A DNA stretch of 64,000 bases from Octopus bimaculoides (GCF_001194135.2 NC_069005.1:34840028-34904027); one strand, 5' to 3'. Positions 26,445 through 41,398 are shown, numbered from the stretch's first letter. Made by a program: numbers and translations. Notes: generated by a model from the sequence alone, not told the origin.

Positions 26445-26649
26445 TTTCACTACTTACAGTAGATTGCATCAAAGATGAAAAGAGAAGAAAAGTTAAGAAA
26501 TATTTCTTTTCTTTCTCTCAACTTCTAGGTCAGCCATTCTGTTTTATTCGAGTCGTCTGCTTCTCTCATATTTTGCTGCTGCACTCTTTTAAAGATGGCC
26601 GCCAGTATTCAGAAGGTTGTTGTTTAAACTCAGGTCGTTTCTGACCAAG

Positions 26650-26980
26650 TAGATATATATGATATCAAGGGATTCCAACCATGACCGTCTCATCTACTCA
26701 GAGCTATGTCTCCGGCCACACAATCCAATCCATCGTAGTGTTTCTTTCTGGTTTAGTTTCAACGGCTGGATGCCCTTTCGTATCCCCAACTACAATACAA
26801 AATGTACTGGGTACATTTTTTCATAACATCAACACAATAGGGGTTGTCATAACCTCGACAAAGCAAAACGCTCCCCTCAGCCCCACATCATCTTCACTTG
26901 TTCGCCAACCATCAAACAAAGTATACTGGGCATGTTTTATCGTGGTATCAATATCAGTTGGGGTATCTTGTACCCTGTAA
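26650..26980 (-). mobile_element. Degenerate interspersed repeat related to SINEs carrying gggcatccagccgt
   Basis: Minus strand has gaaagggcatccagccgttgaaac. The plus strand carries an internally duplicated tactggg...tttt segment. Family is uncertain. Confidence 0.35.
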
Positions 26981-28237
26981 AATTTACAAGGGTATTCATT
27001 AGTCTCCTTTATGTCAGGTCGTTCACAAGGCTAACATGCAATACCCGTCAAACAATGGGAGAACCTAATGCAGGGTCAGCGAGAATGTAGTAATAGTGTG
27101 ATAACTTAAAATTGCGGATTAAGGTCCAGCCTGCCGTAAGCCTACTGGGAGTGGGGGAACCCTTAGTTTTTGCTAAAGTATGTCTCTGAGGAGAGCACAA
27201 AGGGGGGGGGACACGAGGGGGGGACAAAGGGGAGAGCACAAGGGGAAGGACNNNNNNNNNNNNNNNNNNNNNNNNNNNNNNNNNNNNNNNNNNNNNNNNN
27301 NNNNNNNNNNNNNNNNNNNNNNNNNNNNNNNNNNNNNNNNNNNNNNNNNNNNNNNNNNNNNNNNNNNNNNNNNNNNNNNNNNNNNNNNNNNNNNNNNNNN
27401 NNNNNNNNNNNNNNNNNNNNNNNNNNNNNNNNNNNNNNNNNNNNNNNNNNNNNNNNNNNNNNNNNNNNNNNNGCAACCGCCCCACCCTGATGCTCAGTCA
27501 TGAAGCGAGAAATATTCGTTCATTCCTTACTCTTTATGTTCATTCGTTGAAGGGAGGGGGGGACGATGAAAAAAGAAAAAAAGCAGGACGGAAGGAGGTG
27601 AGGACTAGGATGAGGAGAACAATAGGGGGAGGAAGTTGGGTAATAGTAAGAGGGAGAGAGTAGAGGATATCGGGTACAAGAAAGTCTGATGTAACCCCTT
27701 ATATATATAAAAAAAAGTGCTTTTGAAGGGAGGGAAAGTAGTGATGGAGGGAGGGGTGATGAAATATGGGTTCGTTCAGTTAACCATCCTTTCTTCAATA
27801 TGAAGGGTAGGGGAATGATTTGGGAGAGGGTGTTACACACACACATACATACATACGTATGTGTATATGTATACACATATAGATACACATATGCACAAAG
27901 ATACATAAACACATCCAAACATCATATATACTCATATATATGTATATTAATATGTATCATTTTGATGAAACAAGGAAAAGTTAAAAGATAGGAAGTGTAT
28001 TAAATATTTAAATCTTGGTATAGATTCAAAGAGGAAGAGCTTAAGTCACTTGATGAGTTTGACCAGTGCCTAATTCTTTGATATTACGTTTCTCATAAGA
28101 ATCTTTTGTCACCAAACAATTGTCATCCCAAACTATTCAACACAAAGAAAATATTGGCGAAAAACTGCGGTTAAATAGTCGCAAAATTCAGTTTCAGGAG
28201 AATAACTGAATTCGTGACATTGCTCCTACACATATAC

Positions 28238-28292
<55 letters not shown>

Positions 28293-28483
28293 TAATATGC
28301 ATATATCTAATGTCTACATATTACGCATATTTATATTGTTAATACGTGTAAATACATACATACATACATACATACAGATAATATACATCTATAATATATA
28401 CGTACTATACACGCATACATATTTACAAAACATACATTGGCATACTCCTCAGTCAGACAGCACACACACACACACACACACAC

Positions 28484-28562
28484 ATATACGACGGGCTTCT
28501 TTCAGTTTCCATCTACCAAATCCACTCACAAGGCTTTGGTCGGCCCGAGGCTATAGTAGAAT
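28484..28562 (-). mobile_element. SINE family C internal fragment
   Basis: tatacgacgggcttctttcagtttccatctaccaaatccactcacaaggctttggtcggcccgaggctatagtaga, homologous to 29320-29385. Confidence 0.8.
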
Positions 28563-28752
28563 TTTACCTGGCAGGGATACATGCTCTCATTCTAATGTGG
28601 AACACTGCTATTGATAGAAACGGTGACTATGTTGAGAAGTAGGGATGTGATCCACAGAGGACCAGCTTCATTTTGATGCATGATACATGTTCCTGTGTTC
28701 GTAATTGTACCTGTCCTAAACACAAATGGCATTACTTTTTCACTCATCCTCG

Positions 28753-28823
<71 letters not shown>

Positions 28824-29142
28824 TTCAAAAGTGTACACGCACCCACGTACATACCACTTTACACTCTCTGTTCTACATGATGTCAACATAGTAAACATGT
28901 GAATATTTGAACAATGATATATTCGTGCAGAACAGATGTTCACATGTTGACAGCGTGTATATGCTGGCATCTGTATTTACCGCGAAACCGGAAGTTGTTA
29001 AAGACGAGTACATCAGGGGGGGGGGGGNNNNNNNNNNNNNNNACATCAGGGGGGGGGGTGTAAATATTTACATATGTCTATACATGTACACACACATTTG
29101 TATCTATAGCTATAGATACAAATGTGTGTGTGTGTGTGTAAT

Positions 29143-29457
29143 CTTTTACTTGTTTCAGTCATTATGTTGCGACCATACTGGGGCACCGCCTCGAAGAATT
29201 TGTTTCGTCGAATGAATCGACCCCGATACTTATTTTTTAAAGTCTGATACCTATTCTGTCGGTGTCTTATGTCGAACAGCTAAGTTACGGAGACCAAAAC
29301 ATACCAACACACACACACTTCTTCCAGTTTCCGTCTACCAAATCCAGTCACAAGGCTTTGGTCGGTTCGAGGCTATAGTCGAAGACACTTGCCCAAGGTG
29401 TCACACAGTGCGACTGAACCCATAACTATAAGCTTCTTACCACGCAACCTCGCCTGT
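29143..29457 (-). mobile_element. tRNA-derived SINE family C (CORE-like centre), near full length
   Basis: Minus strand has head ...gtggtaagaagct..gggttcagtcgcac, CORE-like gacaccttgggcaagtgtctt and tail ggcggtgccccagtatggtcgc...ctgaaacaagtaaaag. Confidence 0.85.
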
Positions 29458-31837
29458 GACAATTTGTATACTATCTATCTATCTATCTGTCTATCTATCT
29501 ATCTATCTGTCTATCTATCTATCTATCTATCTATCTATGTCTGTCTGTCTCTGTCTATCTACTTATGTACTTGCATATATATGTATATATACATCTACAT
29601 ATATATATGTAACACACACATATCTGTTGTGGAGTTATGTTGTAGAGATGTTCTTGTTAGTTTCGTGTTATTCTTGTTGTAAATGTCGAAGTTTTAAAGT
29701 TTTATTTCCACGAAATTAAAATCCATAAAAACATCCCCCGCTGGCTGTGTGTGTGTGTGTGTGTTTAGGTGTGGGTGTGTGTGTGTGTGTGTGTGTGTTT
29801 AGGTGTGGGTGTGTACTTGATTTTGTGTGCCTGCGTCTGTTTACATGCGTGAGAGTGTGTATGTATGTGTGTATGTGCGTGTGTACGTAAGTTTGGATGT
29901 CTACCTTTATATGCACATATTACGCATGTATAGGCTTATGTAAGCATGTGTGTTTTGTAAATATAGACATACACACACACATAAATGTAGACTTTGTCTA
30001 TCTCTGTGTGTGTCTCTCTCTGTCACACACACACACACACAAGAACGTGCTGAAACAAAGACCGATAAAGGAAATAAGAAGCATTTATTTCTTCCTCTTT
30101 TTATAGACACACACACATAGATATATTACCCTCCCCATATATACATATACATACGTACGTACGTACACACAAACACTCATACACATATATATACATACAC
30201 ATATATCTACATATGTATACATACTTGCATCCGTGTTTATATTGTCTCCAGCCCACCTAAAACATTAATAGCGATATCAATGGATGAACGTATGTTGTGT
30301 GTGTGTATGTGTGTGTGTGTGTATGTGTGTGTATATATGTGTGTGTGTATGTATATATATATATATATATACATATATAAGTATACAAAAGTGTNNNNNN
30401 NNNNNNNNNNNNNNNNNNNNNNNNNNNNNNNNNNNNNNNNNNNNNNNNNNNNNNNNNNNNNNNNNNNNNNNNNNNNNNNNNNNNNNNNNNNNNNNNNNNN
30501 NNNNNNNNNNNNNNNNNNNNNNNNNNNNNNNNNNNNNNNNNNNNNNNNNNNNNNNNNNNNNNNNNNNNNNNNNNNNNNNNNNNNNNNNNNNNNNNNNNNN
30601 NNNNNNNNNNNNNNNNNNNNNNNNNNNNNNNNNNNNNNNNNNNNNNNNNNNNNNNNNNNNNNNNNNNNNNNNNNNNNNNNNNNNNNNNNNNNNNNNNNNN
30701 NNNNNNNNNNNNNNNNNNNNNNNNNNNNNNNNNNNNNNNNNNNNNNNNNNNNNNNNNNNNNNNNNNNNNNNNNNNNNNNNNNNNNNNNNNNNNNNNNNNC
30801 CCCCCCCCCCCTCTCTCTCTCATACATGGATATGTTGACGACAGAGATATGTGATGTGAGTGTCATGCTTGTCTGCACAATCATCGAAAACAGTTCGACG
30901 GAAACAGACGAGAAAAGTGGCGGTGACTTACCTTCAGTTCGAAACTGTTCTTTCTTTCCTTCCTATTTTGTAGTAGTAGTAGTAGTAGTAGTTGTTGCTT
31001 TTGTTTAGCCCTAGGTCAGTCCTCGACCTGTCATCAAAGACGTTCCACTCAACTTTCCCGGATCTAATACTTCAATCACTTTTTATGTTATCCAAAATGT
31101 TCTTCTTAAAAAAGGAAACGTGGGATTTGGCTGCACTTTCTAACAGTTAGCAAATAAATTGTAAGAATAGTAGTAATAGTGGTAACAGCAGCAGCAGTAG
31201 TAATAGTAGTAGTGGTGGTAGTAGTAGTAGGTATTAAATTGTATTATATCCTTCCTTGTTAATTCCTAGGTTTGTCATAGCGGCCTCCACCGTTTTTACG
31301 GCGGCGATGGAGGCGGTGTGTGTGTGTGTGTGATCTGATTGATGTTGTTATTAATCTGACTGCTGCTGTTGTTGTTGTTGTTCTTATTGTTGTTGTTAAT
31401 CTCACTGCTGCTGCTGACTATTGTGCTTGGCTGATGTTGTTGTTCTTTTTGCTGTTATTCGGTGAAGTTGTTGTTGATGTAAGTTGTCTAACAAGACCAC
31501 CAACACCGCCATCAACAGACCCGCCGCCTCCGTCGCTACCACAACAATGGTGGTGGTGGTGGTGGTGACGATGGTGGAGGTGTCAGCTGTTGTGTACCAA
31601 CCACATCTGTTTGTCGCTGCTGATGTGGTGTGGAAAAGTGTGACAGGCACAGAAAGACACCGGGAGGACTTTGCTGGGGGAGACAGAGACAGTGAGGGAG
31701 TGGGAGGAGAGGGAGAGAGAGAGGGAATAAAGGTTTCGCAATTCCTTGTCACCGTATCAAGCGGAAGTCTATCTCTCTCTCTCTCTCACTCTCTTTATTC
31801 ACCTTGAACCCTCCGGCTTTTATTCCCTCTCACCTTC

Positions 31838-31881
<44 letters not shown>

Positions 31882-32465
31882 NNNNNNNNNNNNNNNNNNN
31901 NNNNNNNNNNNNNNNNNNNNNNNNNNNNNNNNNNNNNNNNNNNNNNNNNNNNNNNNNNNNNNNNNNNNNNNNNNNNNNNNNNNNNNNNNNNNNNNNNNNN
32001 NNNNNNNNNNNNNNNNNNNNNNNNNNNNNNNNNNNNNNNNNNNNNNNNNNNNNNNNNNNNNNNNNNNNNNNNNNNNNNNNNNNNNNNNNNNNNNNNNNNN
32101 NNNNNNNNNNNNNNNNNNNNNNNNNNNNNNNNNNNNNNNNNNNNNNNNNNNNNNNNNNNNNNNNNNNNNNNNNNNNNNNNNNNNNNNNNNNNNNNNNNNN
32201 NNNNNNNNNNNNNNNNNNNNNNNNNNNNNNNNNNNNNNNNNNNNNNNNNNNNNNNNNNNNNNNNNNNNNNNNNNNNNNNNNNNNNNNNNNNNNNNNNNNN
32301 NNNNNNNNNNNNNNNNNNNNNNNNNNNNNNNNNNNNNNNNNNNGCAGCAGTAAGTACAGACGGAGGGGGTGGGTGTGCTCCAGCAACGCCACAGACCTCA
32401 GGCTGGGATTACTAAAAGGCTGAAAGTAAATGAAACACACACACATACATGTATACATATATATA

Positions 32466-32504
<39 letters not shown>

Positions 32505-32934
32505 GGGAGGGGGATGCCTCTCAAAAGTTCTAAAGTTTAAACAATAACACGAGATTTTACTGAAGTCCAACGATTGTGTTTTGAGCGCGTCTCCAAGGTT
32601 AGCCGTCTCTCCTCTCTCCCTCCCACGCATCTTAAGAGTTATGGGGAGCTGTCCCTCCCATCTTGAAGAACACAAGTAAAATTATGGTCTGCACACACAC
32701 ACACACACACGCGCACGTGCGCTCACTTTTCTGACATGTAATGCAGGGGAAATGACTCTTGTTATATTAATTTTAAAATTTGTTTTAAAGTTTGTATAAA
32801 GAGTAGAGGTGATAGGGGAATGAAGGCCCAGCCAAACGTGGATCGGGACAAGATACAACGGTCAGAAGAGATATGGTATGAAAGAGGCGGTGTGCGCCTT
32901 CACCTCTTCTGCTTGAATATTTTCCTCTCGATCC

Positions 32935-34230
32935 ATTTATGAGTGAGACTGTCCATTAATTCTTCCAGTTCTTATCCACCTGGAGGTCTAGGCCAAATCA
33001 GACACCGAGGAATTGGTCTGTCTCTCCATCGACCTGCTATTATTGTTCGTTGGCATAGTCTTGTCTCTCTCCAGTTGTCGAGCTACAGACCTACAGACTT
33101 GTTCGGATTTATCTTGTTGCTAGGTAGCGATGGACTGATCCAAATCGGTTAGAGACTCACCGATACCAGATTTATTACTCATTCCATGAGGTGGAGGTTG
33201 TCGTGGATGCATCTAGTGGAGATCGCACACGTTTTAGCTTCTCCGACTAAAGCGTCCACAACAGGCACCAACCTCTTTTCCAACACTTTGGCCAGCATTC
33301 GAAACTCTGCATTCAGTGGGTTGTGGGCTGGAAGTTGTCTATAACATCCCGTCTATTGGCTTCCTTTCTCAATAAAATTAACACACCTTGATTCACAGAA
33401 CTGGGAATTCTCCTGTTTTGCGTTCGATCTGTCTGTGGAGTCCTCTTTCATCTCCTCTGTACGTTCTGGCACTCGAGCCTTTACTCTGGAAGCTAGAACT
33501 TTTGAGAGGCATCCCTTTTGAATTGGGTGCAGGAGAGCTATGTCAACAGATGCGGATGACATTACGCTCATATTGCCAGTTGCCATAGACATCTGTCAAG
33601 AGGTCAACAAACAGATCCAGTATATAGCCATAAAACTCAGGTGAGACCATCCAAACTGGGCGATTTGTCACTTGCGCAGCCACTCAGGACTACTCGTATC
33701 TTAGTTGCTGTTACTGGCCTTTCACAGCGTCTTGTCCCTCCTTTAAAGAGTTGCGGCAGATCGTCGAGGTAGGTACTACAGTCCATAATTCTTTGTGGCC
33801 TTCTGCTTTTACTGAAGAGTTTGGCAAAGAACTGCGGGAAGGTCACATACATTTACTTGGAACCGCGCAGTACACACCCATCCTGATCTGTCAAAGACTG
33901 AATTGTGACTTTGTTGTCACGTCACACCTCCATCATCCGAGTCCGACGGACGGCTTTCGTTCTTTCTCGATTTAGCGCACGAGATCTAGAGCCTATATCT
34001 ATTGATTTTTCTCTTCCCTGCGTCACATGAGGCGACACCCAGGTTTGTAGCCGATGCTGCAGTGTCGGAGCCGGAGAACGTGTCGATGCACGTCACGTCT
34101 CAGATTAGGGACCTGCCTCCCTCCAATGGGAAGAGGGTAATTGCATCGGGGCGCTGACAGTCCCTCTAGTCGAGACCTGCTCGTTCTAGTTTGAGATGGG
34201 AAACCAGTCGCGTCGAGGTCACTTTTAATT
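32935..34230 (-). mobile_element. Tx1/L1-clade LINE ORF2 fragment (linker and RT), decayed
   Basis: CERPVTATKIRVVLSGCASDKSPSLDGL; NPLNAEFRMLAKVLEKRLVPVVDALVGEAKTCAISTRCIHDNLHL; FLGV*FGLDLQVDKNW. Confidence 0.85.
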
Positions 34231-36499
34231 ACGTCAATTGGAAATAGAAAAGGAATTACCTCCCCTGCATTACTTAGCTAACAAACGTTTGTGTGTGTGT
34301 GTGTGTGCGGGCGCGCGCGTGTATGTGTTAATGAAAGGAAGAGAAAGCACTGGTGCTGTTTGTGGTAGTGGTGGTGGGGTCAGAAGGAAGGAAGGAAAGT
34401 GGCCCAAGGCAAGAGACCCGGCCCAAATACTTGCCACAAAGTGGTTCCATTAAAGTGATCTAAGACCCAGGTGTTCAAATATTGCTTAGCCTCAACTCAC
34501 CCCTGATCCAGCAGACCTTCCACTCGTGTTCACCCCACCTTTTCTGTCTGTGCAGGGAGAGAGAGAGAGAGGGAGAGAGAAGGTAGGACGGGGGTAATTC
34601 CCCCTTTGTTTAATAATTTAATGTGAGTCATTTAGTCTGGTTCTTCTTATATTCTGATTTCCAATCCAGTTGAGACCAAATTTACTGCTTTTTTGTCTTC
34701 AGTGTTCGATACATTAAACGTCTTCCATTTGGTGCCACAGGTTTAAATTTACCATATTCAGCCTTTTATCGCACACACGCACACAAACTTTTCTCTATTG
34801 CAACCACTATTTAGTAGACTAAAATAAGAACTTGACTTTACATAACTAAAAGTCTAAAGTTTGGAATGAAATAAGAGCGAATTAAAATTCCCATCGTCTC
34901 CTGAGATAAATGAAAGTCGACAATAAGGCAATTGGACATGTAGGAAGAAAGTCCTATTTTAGTGTCCTTAATAGATTTCCACACCAAGTATGAAATAGTG
35001 TGGTTGAACATCTCGGTGCACAATTTAAACACTGGAATCGTCAGCGGACTTTTTTACTGTCGGAAAGTGCTCCAGCATGACGAGAAATGTACTGGTTAAA
35101 ATATATTCACTAAACAACACACACGCACGCACGCACGCACGCACAATACTGTTTTTGCGTTTATATCTATAGATTTTCTATAGAATGCAGTACCAGTGCT
35201 GTAGGTTACGACGTTTCGTAAGCAAATACGTTTACTTAGAATATTACGGTCCAAAAGAAGGAAAAAATTCTTGCTGTGCCAACAATTAAGAATTAACTCT
35301 CAAGAAAAACAACTACAATTATTTTTGCCACAGTTCTCTCCCTTGAAAAATATTTATTTGACATTAAAATAAGAGTTCGCAATCGTACGCACATACACCC
35401 TTGCCCCCCACACATACAACCACACCCACACGTGCCCTGTCTCTCATGTACATACACAGTACGAGAAATAAGGGGCTATGCTCATATACAGGAAGGAGAG
35501 GAGTTGAGTTCGCAGAAAAAGGGATTTGCTAAATATGGTGATTGTAAGAATTATTCTGTTGGTTTCTGAAATTATGAAAGAAAGCGTCTGGGGGCGAGAG
35601 GGGAGAGACACGATGGNNNNNNNNNNNNNNNNNNNNNNNNNNNNNNNNNNNNNNNNNNNNNNNNNNNNNNNNNNNNNNNNNNNNNNNNNNNNNNNNNNNN
35701 NNNNNNNNNNNNNNNNNNNNNNNNNNNNNNNNNNNNNNNNNNNNNNNNNNNNNNNNNNNNNNNNNNNNNNNNNNNNNNNNNNNNNNNNNNNNNNNNNNNN
35801 NNNNNNNNNNNNNNNNNNNNNNNNNNNNNNNNNNNNNNNNNNNNNNNNNNNNNNNNNNNNNNNNNNNNNNNNNNNNNNNNNNNNNNNNNNNNNNNNNNNN
35901 NNNNNNNNNNNNNNNNNNNNNNNNNNNNNNNNNNNNNNNNNNNNNNNNNNNNNNNNNNNNNNNNNNNNNNNNNNNNNNNNNNNNNNNNNNNNNNNNNNNN
36001 NNNNNNNNNNNNNNNNNNNNNNNNNNNNNNNNNNNNNNNNNNNNNNNNNNNNNNNNNNNNNNNNNNNNNNNNNNNNNNNNNNNNNNNNNNNNNNNNNNNN
36101 NNNNNNNNNNNNNNNNNNNNNNNNNNNNNNNNNNNNNNNNNNNNNNNNNNNNNNNNNNNNNNNNNNNNNNNNNNNNNNNNNNNNNNNNNNNNNNNNNNNN
36201 NNNNNNNNNNNNNNNNNNNNNNNNNNNNNNNNNNNNNNNNNNNNNNNNNNNNNNNNNNNNNNNNNNNNNNNNNNNNNNNNNNNNNNNNNNNNNNNNNNNN
36301 NNNNNNNNNNNNNNNNNNNNNNNNNNNNNNNNNNNNNNNNNNNNNNNNNNNNNNNNNNNNNNNNNNNNNNNNNNNNNNNNNNNNNNNNNNNNNATATATA
36401 TGCACTTAGTGAAACTAACGAGGCACACCAAATGAAAGAATGCGACCAGTTCCACATTGAAATTGGTTAATTGTGTTGTTTGTTTAAAGAAACACTCAT

Positions 36500-37720
36500 A
36501 AATGACTGACTGCATTAATTAAGCAAAATTAACTCTCGTACGTAGAGTTCATTAAACTTCTCTCCCCGCGGTGCATGACGTAATGTTATACAATTCTGCT
36601 CTGATGACTGTTTCGAGTCAAAACCCAATTTAATGAGCTCCGTCAGGTTGAAGTGACTCAAAACAATCGTCACAAGACTGAATATGGTTATATACTCAAA
36701 TGCATAGAAAAGTAGTTGATGCACATAATTTGTAGAATGCGAGAAGTATTCGAGGACTTATGCGCTAGTTTAATAAAAACAATTCTAATTTGCTAAAAAC
36801 CGAATACATTTTCATAAGAATTGGTGCACTTGTTCTCGTTAAGCTTCCTTATAAGACCCCCTTTTTTTTATGAATCCGCCTTCACATTCAAAGACTTGCT
36901 TCATTTCGGGTATCTTTTGATATCTGCTTAACAGCCAAACCAAAAGTGTTTTAAAGGTCGACTTGCTTTAAGCTAATGCCGTTTGCAGAAAATAAGATTT
37001 TGAGAACAATTCTATGAATTTCTTCTGAATTGTTTTGCAAATATTTTCTCTATTTTCTACATTAACGTCACACCCTGATATGCCACAACATCCGGGGTGT
37101 ACAGCAACACCCAGATATACAACATATTTTATATAATAAACTACTTTACCACTCACCTCCATTACACTCCTAGTTTCTCCAGTTTGACTCCCCAACACAA
37201 AATTGACGTTTACCCGGTCAACGAATGCCGCAATACTTCATTAAAAGATAACCGCTTTATTGGTGGTTTTTGAAAAGGTATAAACTTAAAAACTTCATTG
37301 ATAATTGCACAAAAGAAATGCTAAACGTTCATAAGAATTGTTTTAAAAGTTTAGATAATGCAATGCCCCTCGATGATGTGTATAAGAGTGGCTTTGCGTC
37401 CCTTTAGTCATATGGCTTGCATGGTTTTGCGTTGGGCGCAAATACTGTTTTCCCCGCTTTCCCCATAACTCTTTTGTCTGAAAACCTTTGATCGAATGCA
37501 TTGTGATTTGATTCAAAGATTAGCCCAACTTGAGGAAGATATACCAACAGAAACTCTTGTTTAGTCTTTCAGTCTCAAAGTGATCGACGAAATCTTTTCA
37601 CACATTCCAAAAATGGTGGAGAATTTTTAGTCGCAAGAGTAAAATTTTGAAATCTACTGCTTATAACGTTATGTCAATGAAAATTTGCTTCTCACTTAAT
37701 AATGTCTCACTTAAAGATTG
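36500..37720 (-). mobile_element. Possible highly decayed hAT transposase C-terminal region
   Basis: Scattered frame-shifted hints: IFLKL..SLNQ, IKGFQTK-LW, STNYVHQLLF (compare hAT 'DIFxKLN..LQG', 'IKAFxxKLxLW', 'STYxCEQLFS'). Confidence 0.35.
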
Positions 37721-38236
37721 AACGTGAAAAGAACAATTGAATCGATAAGTCGGGCAACTTCTGTAGTTGGAGCAGACCTATTATAGACAGTCTACAACGA
37801 AGCAGGCACACGCACGCACATACATGCATGCGTGAATGTATAGGTACAACACTGAATAATGCAACACCATAGTATTACAGCTGGTGAGACAGGGACGCCT
37901 TGGACAAACGGAAAACACGGAACCGAAGATAGGGTTTGAAGGGTCGATTTCTAGGTTGTTTGGTGATTTATGAATTTGGGTGTCAGCATTTCTTGATTCA
38001 TACAAACGCACATACAAACATACACACACACATACGTACATACATACAAATATAATTGATTCATAGATATATGTATGTATATATACATGCATATACACGC
38101 ACATAAATGTTTGTGCGTGCGTGTGTGCGTGTGTGTGTGTGTTTGCAATGACACAGGCACAGACACTCACACAAAACACACACACTCAGGAACACACACA
38201 CACACACACATCAACACACACACACACACACACATC

Positions 38237-38288
<52 letters not shown>

Positions 38289-38827
38289 NNNNNNNNNNNN
38301 NNNNNNNNNNNNNNNNNNNNNNNNNNNNNNNNNNNNNNNNNNNNNNNNNNNNNNNNNNNNNNNNNNNNNNNNNNNNNNNNNNNNNNNNNNNNNNNNNNNN
38401 NNNNNNNNNNNNNNNNNNNNNNNNNNNNNNNNNNNNNNNNNNNNNNNNNNNNNNNNNNNNNNNNNNNNNNNNNNNNNNNNNNNNNNNNNNNNNNNNNNNN
38501 NNNNNNNNNNNNNNNNNNNNNNNNNNNNNNNNNNNNNNNNNNNNNNNNNNNNNNNNNNNNNNNNNNNNNNNNNNNNNNNNNNNNNNNNNNNNNNNNNNNN
38601 NNNNNNNNNNNNNNNNNNNNNNNNNNNNNNNNNNNNNNNNNNNNNNNNNNNNNNNNNNNNNNNNNNNNNNNNNNNNNNNNNNNNNNNNNNNNNNNNNNNN
38701 NNNNNNNNNNNNNNNNNNNNNNNNNNNNNNNNNNNNNNNNNNNNNNNNNNNNNNNNNNNNNNNNNNNNNNNNNNNNNNNNNNNNNNNNNNNNNNNNNNNN
38801 NNNNNNNNNNNNNNNNNNNNNNNNNNN

Positions 38828-38881
<54 letters not shown>

Positions 38882-39030
38882 TAGGTTTACATACGTGGAT
38901 ATAATCTCATATATCTATTTAGCCATACGCATACATATATAGATGTATATATATTCATGCACGCGTACATCTCCCTTCTCTTTCTGTGTGTGTATATATA
39001 TGTAGAGAGAGAGAGAGATAGTCACACATA

Positions 39031-39500
39031 TGAGGTCTGATCAATAAGTGTCCGAACTGTTGCCATAGCCACAAAGCTAAAGTACACAGAGTAAAACCGC
39101 TTGGCACCGACTGACCTTGATCTCTGCTGTGCATGCGCACTAAGTTTCAACATTCTAGCTCACTTCCGCTGTTTACAGCAGTGCTTGGAAGGAACGTGTG
39201 TAGCGTGTGATCGTCGTATTGACCATGACAGAGAAAGTTGTCATGACGATACCTGCTCAGAGGTCAACGCAAAGTAGCTGAAAGTGTATTGAGAAGAGCA
39301 TATGAGCCGCCGCCAGGTGTACGAGTGGTTCAGACGTTTCCGAGATGGCCAAAAAATGTCGATAGTTACGAACGTTCTGGGAGACCTGCAACCAACAGTA
39401 TTGAGGAAGACATCGCAGATGTGCGTGCAACTGAATTTTGCGTACAATTTTATCCACTGTGCTGCACCTTCAACACAGCGGGTTCGAATCTACCGCCAGT
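39031..39500 (+). mobile_element. Mariner (Tc1/mariner) left end with transposase N-terminal fragment
   Basis: TA then TIR tgaggtctgatcaataag; ATGACAGAGAAAGTT start; MSRRQVYEWFRRFRDG and, after a frameshift, KNVDSYERSGRPAT (mariner HTH motif). Confidence 0.85.
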
Positions 39501-39562
39501 TGCAAAGGAACTTTTTAGCCACACAACAAAAGATATATATACACATATATATGTATACATAC

Positions 39563-39603
<41 letters not shown>

Positions 39604-40355
39604 GTATGTTGTATTAGTGTGTGTGTGTCGAAATTTTGTTGGGATTTCAAAAGTTTTATGCATTTTTAAAAGTATTAAAAAATAATTGGAAATGTTTTTA
39701 AGAATGTTATACATACACATATTTCAGCATGTGTACACACACACACACACATACACACACACACACACACACATATCTCTCTATCACATTTGAAAACCGT
39801 TTTTTATTTTTTCAATTCGCGTTTTACATATTTGTTATTTTTGCATTTTTTGTAAAATTTTTCTGTCTTGTTTTGTTTTTGGTTTGGAATAAATTAACGC
39901 CCCTCCAGTCTTGTAACATTCCTGTCTCCCTAGGAATAAAGAGGGACAAACAGACAGACATACAGGCAGGCAGACAGACAGACAGACAGACAGACAGGCA
40001 GATAGACAGCTTGACATACTTATCAATCGACCGACCGACAGATCAACAGACAGACTAGAGGACAGACAGACCGACAGACATGCCGACAGGCTGACAGACA
40101 GTCATTCTCGAACATTCCTCCCTCTTTTGGAACATTTGGGATTTTTCGCTGGGTTTCTTTACATAGCCCTCCTCTCTCTCCCACCACCAACCCTTTCCTC
40201 TCCCTTCTTCCACTCCCAGCCCCCAANNNNNNNNNNNNNNNNNNNNNNNNNNNNNNNNNNNNNNNNNNNNNNNNNNNNNNNNNNNNNNNNNNNNNNNNNN
40301 NNNNNNNNNNNNNNNNNNNNNNNNNNNNNNNNNNNNNNNNNNNNNNNNNNNNNNN

Positions 40356-40407
<52 letters not shown>

Positions 40408-41099
40408 CCACTCATACTGACACACACACACATCAGCACATATATACACACAAACATAGACATGTACCAACACATACATACACATTTCCCCACTTACACA
40501 AATGAACATAAAAACATACACAATCATAGACATACACACATACACACAAATACATTCATATCTATAGATAAATACACACACACACACTCACGCACTGACA
40601 TACATAGACAATGATACATACGCACATATATATATATATATACATAAACATGCATATACATGAAGTTGCACACAGAAATATACATACACACACATAGACA
40701 CATACACACATGCACACATACATACACACCGTCCCAGACGAAGTGAGAAAGAAAGAGAAAGAGAGGGGAGTAACTAAATAAACGTGAAATTACTTATCTG
40801 ATTTAGACTGATGACTAACGAGTGCTGTTGATTGGTGACTGATGATTGGTGAATATTGTTGATTACTGATGACTAATGACACCTGACTGTAGATTATTGT
40901 TGATTGATGAATGTTGATCACCACCCGCCTTTTCATCCTCCTCCTCCTCCTCCTTCTCCTCCTCCTTGTCCTCCTCGCAGGAGAGCGGTGTCCAGAAACG
41001 CAGACGATGTCACCGGGATGATGTGAGATCCGGAGGATTTTGAAGGGTTTAGGACCACGCTGAAAGAATAGAAGAAGATAGGAACCTGAACAGACATCA

Positions 41100-41300
41100 A
41101 CCGAGACAAAGACGGAAAACCAGCGTTGTGGTTTTAAGATGCTTGGGGTCTATTTCGGACCAGACTGCCAAGAAGATAGGAAATGCAACGAGGTGACGAA
41201 CAAGGAGGCCGACCTTATCGGCCGAGATGTGATTATTTTTGAAAAGCGCGACAGAGGCAGCAGGCGTTTAGAGTAATCTCTCGCCATATCGCGGTTTATT
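41100..41300 (+). mobile_element. Tx1/L1-clade RT fragment
   Basis: FKMLGVYFGPDCQEDRKCNEVTNK is homologous to the 'LGVxFGxDLQVDKNW' segment at about 33.0 kb. Confidence 0.6.
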
Positions 41301-41398
41301 ATTTAAGCTTACGTCGATTCCTCCGTGGTGTTATTTTGAATTTATAATAAAATATATACAAATTCTAAAAAAAAAAAAAAAAAAAAATATATACAATA

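Noticed and set aside
27069-27160. cctgccgtaag, resembling part of HDV-like ribozyme motifs at retrotransposon 5' ends
   Set aside because: P1 pairing and the catalytic J4/2 segment could not be built.
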